A stretch of 62,650 nucleotides of DNA, counting the filler, from Stramenopiles sp. TOSAG23-2 (Eukaryota): assembly GCA_900128395.1 (NCBI GenBank). It is 3 parts of 3 records of this genome, joined end to end, with 100 filler letters (N's around TTAATTAATTAA, not from the genome) between each part and the next. Parts side by side here need not be neighbours in the genome. Positions count along the whole stretch, not along the records: positions 1 to 20,829 come from LT649549.1; 2 more parts are not named here. The stretch is one strand, 5' to 3'. How positions within the stretch are numbered: the first letter of the stretch is position 1; each line of letters starts with the position of its first letter. The notes below the pieces were generated by a model, which saw only the letters and a program-made list of their open reading frames with translations, did not search any database and was not told the origin of the DNA. The position numbers and the translations under genes are program-made. Shown here in pieces: positions 1 to 10,358 of this stretch.

Positions 1-3000
1 GTTGTAATCATTGATAAACCATTCATGACGGTTACCACTACCTTCAATATTTCCTCATCGTTGCTAAGAATATCGTAAAATCCTTCAGGTTCATCGGTTT
101 GGTATTTATTCCACGTATTTGTCAATCTTGGCACAACAGCAGTTGTAGAGATGATTTTCTTCGTAATTTCTTTGACTTCCGAAGTTAGTTCCAACATAGT
201 TGGTTTTAACATGACCATGTCATCTGTAAGTGTGACATTGACACCAAATATAGGTTGTGGATCATTTTTAGAATCTCCATTCAACGTTAATGATAACTCT
301 TGTAAAGATCTTTTTAACCCCGATTTCAATGCTTGTAAAATTTCTTCGTCAACATCGTCGCAGAAGTTATACCATAGCTGCTGTACACCTGATCCGTCAG
401 CCTTGAAAAAATTGTATAAATGATTCATGTTATCACTTATTTCCTCATAAATTTCCGATAAAGCCTTTGTAATGCTTTCAAGATGTTCATTTTGTTTTGC
501 GGTAAAAACTCCTTCTTCGTATAAATAATTTTTTTCTATACTAACATAGTTGAAGTTTGAAAGTTTTCGTATGGATCTTGTGACAGTATCTTTTTTATCT
601 TTAAAATCAAGAACGAGGTTGCAGGTACTAGTGCAATTTTTACGACAATCTTTTACGTACCATTCAATGACACCTTTAGATGCCCAAGAAAAGCGAGAGA
701 GACCAGCATTAACTCTTTTGTCTAATCGTCTAATATGCTCTTGAAATAACTCTTTTTCGTTTCTATCTAATTGTAACATAATTTCATTATAGTCTCTGAC
801 TACCAGCATAACGTTGTCGCGTAAAATACGCAGTTTTTCTTCTTGTCCTATCATATCATGTGCGATGTATGGAATTGGGTGTTCCCCTTGAAACCGTTTC
901 CACATTCCTACTTCGCTAAATAGGCTTAAAATAACTTTATCAAAATTGCTTTCCAATAAAAATTGATCTCCGCCAGAATGCGCGCTTGGCCTTGCCATCA
1001 AGACTTTTTCTAATTTAGATTGCATTTCAGCTTGATCTAAACCTTGAAGACTAACTAACCATTTTGTGTATTGGCCTGATATAAATTCTTGAAAGACATT
1101 GATTAACTTTCCGAATGTATCATCAACTTCAACTTTTAATTGTGGATGATCCGACCACACATTTTTTGCATTATTAAAACTTGTCCATTCCCGACGAACT
1201 TCTAGCGATAAACCATAAGCCCATCTCGCTGCCCCCCCGTAATTTGGCTCTGACTTGCCTAGCAAAGGAGCTGTCTTCATATGCTCAAAATGATGTTTAA
1301 TGTCATTAACAAAATCATTAAACTGGGAGCAGATGTCAACAAGCTTTTTATCGACTGTTCTACAAATAGCATCTCGTTTTGCAAGTATGTGAAATGCTTC
1401 AAGTAACTCTACAGACGCTCGGAATGTTGGTGCTTGATCAAAGGAGTTGTTAATAACATTTTGCATCATTACTTCTAAATCCTTAACACCACTCTTGAAA
1501 GATGAGTAATCTTCGTGCCAGTAAGTTGAGCGAACATCCAAAATATCGTAATCAACCAGTTGTAATTTTTTCAACAATGTGTCAAACCTTGCTTCGTTTG
1601 TTAAAATATTTTTTTGGATATCAGGACCTTGTATCCCACCGAATACAGGGAGTGGCATTTTGTTACCATCATCATCCTTTCTTGCGAATTGAAGCTGCCC
1701 TTGGCAAACTTCCAATAGGTCTCGACATCGTTGGGCAAAAGCATCAATTTGTGCAAATATACGATTTAGATCTAAGTTCCAATGCCTATTTTTATCATGT
1801 ACGTTGCGTTTAATGGCACTGGCGGTCTTGTCGTAAATATTATGCCATTCCTCCCAGCAAGCTATACTCTCTTCTAAAGTTGTAATTGCTGAAAAGATGT
1901 CGCCCTCGAAGATATTCTTTAAATTAACATGTGCGCGGCATTGTTTAATAATTTGATTACTGACTTTTCGAAGCAACCCTGTTAGGCGTTCTTCCGTATT
2001 GTAAAATCTGGATAAGGACCATATCATCCTGATTAAATTCAGCATTTGCTTTAAAATAGCTGGAATTTCAGGTGGCGAGGCTTCTGCTAAACTGTTACAG
2101 GATTCTTCAAGAGTCTTCAAGAATTTCAAATTATCCTTGGCTTCAGTTGTACCTTGTTGAATCGAATCAGATAAAGTTTGAAAAGGTGCCAAATAAGATG
2201 ATTTCGCAATTTGCAAAACTTCAATAATTTTTTGTACCCCCGGTCTTACTAATTGATCGCTGATGCCTGATAAATCGATGGTTCTATTATACCAGAATTC
2301 TATTTCATCGCCGGGGCCACTGGATTCAGCATGCTGTACCATATTTTGATTATTTACGACTTCCTTGATTTGTCTCGTCCAGTGTATAACAATTGACTCT
2401 AACCGCTGTGATAAGTCTTTATCTTGCGCTGCTTCTTTTGGCGATGAAAATTGTTCCACAGGCATGTACAGCACTGTTTGCCCATTTTTTTGATATGCTT
2501 TGTCGGTTAAGTTGGCCATAAATTTTTGAACTTGTCCAGAAAATTCTTTTCGAACACTTTCCGGCCAATGTTCTGAGTTCATAAATATTGGTACATAAAC
2601 CCCTTTTAAGGTTCTTAACATTGCCTCTAATGGCTCGCCACTACTTCGGCCATATTGTACTAACTCTGATAGAGATTCTGAACTAACATCTTCATCTGAT
2701 GAGCGAATAAAGAATCCAATTGTATCCGCATCTTTCCTATTTGGAACATTCTTTGTTTGAAATATGAGTTCGTTATCTGAGTTCACAAATGCGTATAAAC
2801 AACGATCATCCGGGTGTGTTAAGAATACTTGAAAGGCCAAAGCGTGTTGCTGTTGATAGTGGTCTAGCGTTAAATTAGGCAAAAATAGCCTTCCTTTAAC
2901 CCATTTCATTATAGCATCAAGCTCCTCTTTTTTGTCAAACTCCTTCTTCCCAGTATCTTCTTCACCTGATTCACCAGCATCGTTTGATATCTCTTGTTCT

Positions 3001-3140
3001 TCTGCTTTTTCAACATCTTCTGTAACCTCAGCCTCTTCGACAGCGACAGCCTCTTCCATGTTCTCTTCAGCTGGCAAGTCACTTTTCTCTTCCTTCTGTG
3101 CTGGAATTACAGCTTTTTCGCCTTCTACAACTTCAGCCAT
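1..3140 (-). CDS. DNAH2: Axonemal inner-arm dynein heavy chain, DNAH2 / I1-beta type, N-terminal tail only (runs off the window's left edge)
   Basis: Manual minus-strand translation from ATG 3140 (MAEVVEGEK) stays in frame to the edge. Contains WPESVRKEFSGQVQKFMANLTD, RLESIVIHWTRQIKEVV, GPGDEIEFW, IRMIWSLSRFYNTEERLTGLLRKVSNQII and IFAQIDAFAQRCRDLLEVC, typical of the DNAH2 DHC_N1 region. Absent from the ORF track because it has no stop in the window. Confidence 0.92.
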   Translation of the reverse strand, partial: MAEVVEGEKAVIPAQKEEKSDLPAEENMEEAVAVEEAEVTEDVEKAEEQEISNDAGESGEEDTGKKEFDKKEELDAIMKWVKGRLFLPNLTLDHYQQQHALAFQVFLTHPDDRCLYAFVNSDNELIFQTKNVPNRKDADTIGFFIRSSDEDVSSESLSELVQYGRSSGEPLEAMLRTLKGVYVPIFMNSEHWPESVRKEFSGQVQKFMANLTDKAYQKNGQTVLYMPVEQFSSPKEAAQDKDLSQRLESIVIHWTRQIKEVVNNQNMVQHAESSGPGDEIEFWYNRTIDLSGISDQLVRPGVQKIIEVLQIAKSSYLAPFQTLSDSIQQGTTEAKDNLKFLKTLEESCNSLAEASPPEIPAILKQMLNLIRMIWSLSRFYNTEERLTGLLRKVSNQIIKQCRAHVNLKNIFEGDIFSAITTLEESIACWEEWHNIYDKTASAIKRNVHDKNRHWNLDLNRIFAQIDAFAQRCRDLLEVCQGQLQFARKDDDGNKMPLPVFGGIQGPDIQKNILTNEARFDTLLKKLQLVDYDILDVRSTYWHEDYSSFKSGVKDLEVMMQNVINNSFDQAPTFRASVELLEAFHILAKRDAICRTVDKKLVDICSQFNDFVNDIKHHFEHMKTAPLLGKSEPNYGGAARWAYGLSLEVRREWTSFNNAKNVWSDHPQLKVEVDDTFGKLINVFQEFISGQYTKWLVSLQGLDQAEMQSKLEKVLMARPSAHSGGDQFLLESNFDKVILSLFSEVGMWKRFQGEHPIPYIAHDMIGQEEKLRILRDNVMLVVRDYNEIMLQLDRNEKELFQEHIRRLDKRVNAGLSRFSWASKGVIEWYVKDCRKNCTSTCNLVLDFKDKKDTVTRSIRKLSNFNYVSIEKNYLYEEGVFTAKQNEHLESITKALSEIYEEISDNMNHLYNFFKADGSGVQQLWYNFCDDVDEEILQALKSGLKRSLQELSLTLNGDSKNDPQPIFGVNVTLTDDMVMLKPTMLELTSEVKEITKKIISTTAVVPRLTNTWNKYQTDEPEGFYDILSNDEEILKVVVTVMNGLSMIT

Positions 3141-3957
3141 ATCATTTACGTGTATATATATATATATTTACCAGCTCCTTAATTTGATATTCTATAATAG
3201 ATATCAGTTTTTGAAATCGTAAATGCTTCGATATTATTTATTACTAATAAGATAAAAAACCAATGTTTCTTACAATATTACCTGTAATAATTTGTATGTA
3301 CAATAGATAGATAGTGCGGTAGTTTTATTTTTTTAATATATTTAAAAAAAAAGACTATAAATAGGAACTAAATAATGGATTTAGTAGTGATTACTCGTAG
3401 GAAAAAAAAAATCATCATTTTTAAAAAGCATTATTTTTAACGTGTGCTTTTGCACTTTTGTCTGTGATGCAATTCATTCCAGGTAATATTATAATAGACC
3501 ATTAAGAACCATAAGCTTACTATATTATATGTAGGGGTAACAATAATCTTTGCCATTATCAGCAATTAAAAAAAAAAAGGCTGGAAGTAAACTTTACGTT
3601 GAGTTCTTATAACTGGTTATTTGAATTTTCATTGTTTAATAGGAACGATTCAACTATGAGTCACTATAGTAAAGCAATTTATAATACTCCGTAGTATCAT
3701 CTAGTTTTGCAATTTTGTTCAAACCGGGACACAATAATTCTAATACTAATGCCAGTAAAAAAAAAGACAGCCTACCACCATCAGGTGATAAGCCAAAAGG
3801 AGACGACGACATAGTGAGCGAACGTTATAAAATAATATATAGAAGAATGCCATAATATTTTAGATATATATGCTATAAGACTCAATTTAAACACTTGGTA
3901 TTGTAACGCTTCGTAGTTAACTTTTTTTACCATTAGACGTCTAAATCAAAAAGCAAC

Positions 3958-6925
3958 ATGAGAGACAAGAAGTTTATACCACTAGACACCACTGCGACAA
4001 CAGCATCTTTTAATATATTTAATTATTTATGGAAAAAGGACCGAAATGGTAATAGTTGTCCAGGAATATTGATTCCAGATACATTGGTAGTTAATAACAA
4101 AAAACAATTATTATTTTTTTCAAGTAAATCTTCTAAGAACAATAGACAACTTTTGAAAAAAAAATACTCTAATGGAGAAAAAGTGTATGACAAAACAACA
4201 GTTAGAAAGCGGTTTTGTAAGAGACAACTAGAAACATCAGTCATTCACAATCTAGATACAACCAATCAAAATGGTAAATATTGGCATTATCGCGATCGTT
4301 TAAAGAAATTGAAAAAAACTAGAGTTGTATGTAAATTGACTTGGGAAGATAGTGGAATATTAAAGTTTAAATACTTAGATAAGAAACAATTAAATAAATT
4401 TATCGACGAACAATGGAAAGAGGGGGAAGAAGACGAGGAGCAACAGGAGGAGGAAGAAGAAGGGAAAGAAACTCGACAAATAGTGGCTGATAAAACAAAT
4501 TCCCAGTTTATAAATCAGGATATGAATCCATCTTTACATAAATTTGATAGTTTCATTTTACAGCGTTTTGTGGAACCGAATAGTAACAACAACACAGTTG
4601 TCAAAGCGACATGGAGTCCGTCAGCGTGTTATATTAATGCATGTAAAAACAAAAACAATCTTGAAGATTATGAAATAGATTTACAAGACAGAGCAATGAC
4701 TTATGATGGGCAGAATAGCAATGATGAGAGATTAACGGCTGAAAATATTGTCAAAAGCAAAAATCTAGTCAATCGAATCATGTTATGCTGCCGCGATATA
4801 GCCAAACATGTCCAGAAACATTCTGCAAAATATGTAGAAGTATGTAAAATGATAATTTATTTTAAAGTTGCCACTTCAGGGGAATTATATCTTTTATGGG
4901 CCTCAGATTTTAAATGTAGCAACATGAGAGCATCAAAACGTTTTTTCCAATCATTAATGACGTCATCGAAAAGAAAGAAATCAAGACGAAGCGTCGTACC
5001 CATAAACACTAACAATGGTGCGGAGCCAACGCTTTTGGAGCTATGGGGGGAAGATACAAACGATTCATGGGATGATATTGATCCAATTAAAAAAAATACA
5101 TCAAAATTGTCATCAACTATGTTTAAAAAAAAGAGCATTACATTAAACAATTTCAAAGACAACTTATTGAGTAAAGATAAAAAACAATCTAAATCTACAA
5201 ATAATATATGGCAAATTGGCTCACCAAACGACAAAGATCAGAAGAATGAAAACAAAATTGGCTCATTGCAAAATTTATTAAAAGAAATCAAGCATAAGGA
5301 GGAGGACAAAAGTAAATTTCACTGTCCGGTTGAAACATGTAATCGTGTCGAATCTCTTCATGTAAGGCCATCTGAAGCAACTATCAAAGACATTGTCGAT
5401 TTTTATAAATCTGGATTCAAAATCCACCAAAATTTACATTCATGGGATTTAGAAGAAGTGGCAATGTTGGGAGTTGCACCTTTATTTGGCCCAAGAGTAG
5501 CACCAAAAGGTGAGATTCCTCTTGTCCTCGCGAATTATGTACCAGGAAAATCTAAAAGGCGATATGACCTGCTCTGCAGAGACCCTACGTTTATGTATCG
5601 AACTATTAGAGTTTGTAGCAGATGTTCATCGTTGTTTCTAAAACGCGCTAAACTCTCTCTGAAAAATCAAGTAGCTGCAAATGATATTTTTAAGGACCAG
5701 ATCAAAAATAGAGTAACAACAGCAAAAGTCATCAGAAAATATAGTGGCCCTGTGTATCCAGTAAAGAACAAAACTATTGATAGGCTTGCAACAGCAAAAT
5801 ATAGGAGAGAAAAATTTACCACTGACGAGAGACAATCGCAGGCAAAAGTGAAAGGTGGAAAAAAGCAGCGAAAAAAACGACCAAAAAGTGCTGGACCAAT
5901 GAGACGACGAAAAAAACGGGACAAACCTAAATTTGATGTTCCGCAATTTGTAATCCCACCGGAACTTCCGAAAAGTTTAATTGGTTGGGAGCCGCCACAA
6001 GAATGGAAAGACATTTTACAAAAGAAAATTGAAGCGGAAGAGGAGAAAGAAAAAAATGAAAAATCAAAACATTATTCTATATATTCAAAAGAAAAACCAG
6101 CCGTTACGACCTACAGAAAGAGAGGTACGAGACCCAAAAGACCACAGAGTGCGCCAATGTCTCGTAACAGGAAACCAGTGAAAATGGTGGCAGCTATTGA
6201 TGAAAAAGCAAAGAAAATGATAGAAAAGCAATTCAAAATTTACGGTGTAAAAAGTTATTCCGAATTGAAAACTAGTGGCATAGCTACAAAGCGAAGTCTT
6301 TCAAAAAAAAGGGAAAAGATTGTTACTAAAGAGAAAGCAAGTACTTTGCGTAAATCAAATAACGGAAAAAAATTAAAAAAACAGCGACCACAATCTGCAT
6401 CAAGTTCTCGAAACACTAAATCGGGCATTAAAATCAAAGCAAAAAAGAAGAAGAAACAGCGACCATCCTCCGCAAGTACAAGTCGAGGGAAAAGTGGTGG
6501 AAGTAAAGGTACGACAAGTAACCTTGTTCTTGTTGCAAATGAAGACAATATGGAGAATGATGAAATCAGCAATATGAAAGTTATTGAACAAACATACTCT
6601 TATAACAAACACATGGCTTTTATACAAGAAGCAAAATCAAGGACGCCACCAGCGAAAAAAAGATCTAATATCACTGTAACAAAATCAGAGGAGGGTAAAG
6701 ATAACGTTGTGCAGTCTCCCGTACCATTAAATTTAAACGCATTATCTCCAAGTTATGGAAAAAAGATCTAATATCACTGTAACAAAATCAGAGGAGGGTA
6801 AAGATAACGTTGTGCAGTCTCCCGTACCATTAAATTTAAACGCATTATCTCCAAGTTATGGTGAGAAAATGCTTAACCAAAATTTGACTAATTATGCAAA
6901 TGAAGGCAATGAAGTTTTTGTGTAA
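3958..6925 (+). CDS. Uncharacterised protein: conserved-looking N-terminal domain, Cys-pair motifs, long basic RPxSA-rich tail
   Basis: ORF 3958..6771 (937 aa). The 103-bp duplication 6656-6861 causes the early stop; removing one copy gives ...SPSYGEKMLNQNLTNYANEGNEVFV* ending at 6925. Confidence 0.75.
6656..6861. repeat. Exact tandem duplication, 2 x 103 bp
   Basis: 6656-6758 equals 6759-6861; it shifts the reading frame of the host CDS. Confidence 0.95.
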
Positions 6926-7027
6926 AAGATTGAGTAACGGAAATACCAGTAAAAAATAAAAATAATAAAAATATTCGGATATGACATCTAGTTACTAATG
7001 TTTATTAATATTTTTAAATATATATTT

Positions 7028-7102
7028 TTTTAATTTACGCATAATTTATATTGTTTTAATTTACTCATGATAATTCCTACTCTTCAAAAGAATACAATAA
7101 CT
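7028..7102 (+). repeat. Dispersed AT-rich repeat, copy A (core TTTTAATTTACTCATGATAATTCCTACTCT)
   Basis: The same core occurs at 41861-41890 and, reverse-complemented, within 30216-30271 and 30331-30386. Confidence 0.9.
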
Positions 7103-7248
7103 GAAATAATCTATATCTCACACAAATGTGTTGATATTCCCATAATAGAGAAAACCAATGAATTTTAATATATAAAAAATTCTCTTAGCTTATACGTATA
7201 TATTTATAATTTATTTTACGCTCGCGTAATTAAAACACCCGCGGCATC

Positions 7249-10200
7249 TTAAACACGAGTATAAGTAGCAAAATTAATTATCTCTTCCTTCTCTTGTCCT
7301 TGTATTGTACATGTACGCTCACAACCAGTACAACTACGTGGAGGATAACATTTTGTCGTTATTATCAGTTTTTCACCGCAATCACTACTTGCAGTACACG
7401 CAGAAACTTCAATTTTATCTTCCTTCTCTTGTCCTTGTATTGTACATGTACGCTCACAACCAGTACAACTACGTGGAGGATAACATTTTGTCGTTATTAT
7501 CAGTTTTTCACCGCAATCACTACTTGCAGTACACGCAGAAACTTCAATTTTATAAATTATTATCGACATGTCTACTTTAATATGCGTATTCGAATATACT
7601 TTAGGCGTTGAAATGCTATAAGTGCCATGCGTGCTATATGATGATGTAGTAGTGCTACCATTAATAGGATTCGTGACTGTAACTTCATATGTATCTGCAG
7701 CAAGTGCTCCGATTGCCTCAGATTCTTCAATTCGTAAAGAAACTTCATCATTATTTTTGATAGTAATTGATATGGAGGAAGGCACTGGAAGTGTTTGGCA
7801 AAGAACTCCATGTTCAGGGGTTGATTGATCAATACATTTGGAATCTGGGAAGCCATAATTAGTATGGCAGTGTGTTGAACCAATTGCTGCACAATTTTTG
7901 ACGTTACAAATGACACCAGTGCAACTTCCAGCAAAGGGGGAGCCCGAATTACCAAAATTTACATTAATAAAGTTTAAATTAGGTTCATTTGTTCCATCTT
8001 TATGCGTATAGATATAATCTGCGGTGAAAGCAGTATTATCTTCGATAGTGACATCATCTAGAATAAGATTTCCGTTAGCACTAGTATAAATTCCACCACC
8101 TTTACCTGTATCACTTTTCGCTTTGTTGCCTCTGATTATTGTTCCTGATTTAATAGTTGCATTAAAACCAGGGAAAGTGCCATCATAGTCTTTACCATCT
8201 AAGTAAATAGCACCACCAGAATCGGTCAACGCATCATTCCCATTATCTTCCAAAATAGAATTTTCCACGGTCAATGTGCCACCTTTTTGATTAATACTAG
8301 AACCTTGATTGGCTACGTTATTTTGAATTAATAAATTTTTCAATATGCAAGTAGACTTGTAACAACTGATGCCAGCACCTTCATTTGAATTTATTGCAGC
8401 ACTCACAGCTGTATTATTTGCCACAGTCCCATCCACATAATCTAATGTTGAAGAACTTTCAACTCGTATGATTCCCCCACCCGTACTTTCCCCACCTGAG
8501 AAATTTTTAATAACATTGTTTGTAAAATTAACATTCTTCAAATTAAGCTGTGAGCCAGTTGCCAAAATAGCACTACCTCTGTAGGCATAATTCCCATCGA
8601 AAATCACGTTTGTTATATGTACGGTTGACCCCGAATTTGCTTTTAAAGCACCTCCTTTTTCACATGGACCAATTTTGTTACCATTTTTCAATTTAATATT
8701 TTTTAAATACAGTGTACCTCCCGATTTCACAGTAAATATCCTCCCAGTATTTCCATATCCAAGAATACTAGGGAAATTGTTTTCCATAGACCGTGTTCCT
8801 GTTACATGCAATGTGCCATAAACATCAGCTTCTGCATATGCTTGATAGGGCGCAGCTCCATCCGACGCTTTAGCTACAGTTAAACAATCATGTTTAATGG
8901 TGACTTCAGCAGTAATCCCATTAGCAGTTGTGCGTGGTATTTCACAATGGACAATCATTTCTGTCGGAGCACTACATCCTTTGCTATTACATGCAAATAT
9001 TTGTATGGGTGTAATTAGTTCATCAAAATTTAATGAAGTAAAAGTATGAGGAATCGATTCTATTGTTGTATCTTCATATGTTTGCTTGAAGAAACCTGTA
9101 CCAGTACCTGTATTTGTTTCCGATCCAGTCGTGTCGTAATAAGTAACACATTTACACGCACCTTTTTCTGCAGTAGTAGTAGTATAATCTTCATCTTTTA
9201 CAAAAAATGCATTCATTTCACCAGCAGCTGGTTTACGTATTTCCGATAATCTAGTGCATTGCTTTGCACATAATTGTATCGCGTTTAAATTTGAGTGTTG
9301 ATAATCAAAATAGTTAGTCTCAGCTGTATGGTGCATAATTGGAGGTTCGTGCTGATATGTTACGCCTGGTGCAGGAAACGTTTTAATTAATCTAACTTTA
9401 ATGAATTCTGCTTTGTACCATGTTGGGTTTATTGTTAACTCCATGTTATTATTGATGACATCAAATTTTATATTCATTTCTTCTAACTTTGGTGGAGATG
9501 GCAAATTAGTTGTCACCCGTTGGCATGCAACACTTGGTGATACCATACCCCCACCCGTTATACTTGTTTTGTCATAATTTTTAAATTCTTGAATTTGATC
9601 ATTCTTATATATGCCATGAATTTGATCCCCGTTTCCAACATTAATATTAGAGTCCCATTGGCTAAAATCTCTTTGTGTTGTAGTTAAATGTTCGTTATGT
9701 GGCCACCAATCTAATGATGTACCATCTTCCCATTCCCATTTACCTTTAAAAGATCTTTTAGATACTAAACCTAGCCAAGTGGAACCTTCTGTAACTTCAT
9801 AAGCAGTACTAGGAAGCTTTATACCTACATCAACTTGTTGACGCAAATGTTTGATTTTTAAATAATCTTGAATAGTGTGTAAAGAAGCAAGCTCACCTCC
9901 AAGCTCGTTGCATCTATCTCTTGCACGAAAATAATATGTTCCTTCCCAACCAACAAAATATTCTACACGTGGTAATCGCTGACATAGAACCTGATGTTGA
10001 ACAGATTTATCATGAACGCGCCAGTCCCTATCGCCATCTTTCTTCTGTGCTATTATACTGTCCGTAACTCCTGTTAGTCCGTCAGTCGTTGACCACTGAT
10101 AGTCGAAATTTGTACCATCGACCCACTTCCATACACTATCCCAATATGCACCGAGATGTAGATGTTCTTCGTTACCACTTGACATTGGATGTATTCCTTG

Positions 10201-10348
10201 GATAACCCCACTTTCAAAATCGGAATGTACAGATGCAAATATGCCTCCATTATTTACGCACCACGTTTTTCCATTTTCCCAGGTCATTTTTTCATTACTG
10301 TAAAAAAAGTCAACACGATTAACACCAATTGATTGACCTTTTACAAGA
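7249..10348 (-). CDS. Extracellular-type multidomain protein: two C-type lectin domains, Cys-rich/FN3-like segments, Pmp-like right-handed beta-helix; probably 5'-truncated
   Basis: C-type lectin motifs (TWENGKTWC..GGIFASVHS, WKWVDGTNFDY, RCNELGGELASLHT, WEWEDGTSLDW) and GGAI/GGGI plus FxxN repeats. No signal peptide. The first ~60 aa of the listed 1094-aa ORF are antisense to the neighbouring gene. Confidence 0.8.
7284..7553. repeat. Exact tandem duplication, 2 x 135 bp (in frame, 45 aa)
   Basis: 7284-7418 equals 7419-7553; KIEVSACTASSDCGEKL...QGQEKE appears twice in the protein. Confidence 0.95.
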
Positions 10349-10358
10349 CGAAGCAAAC

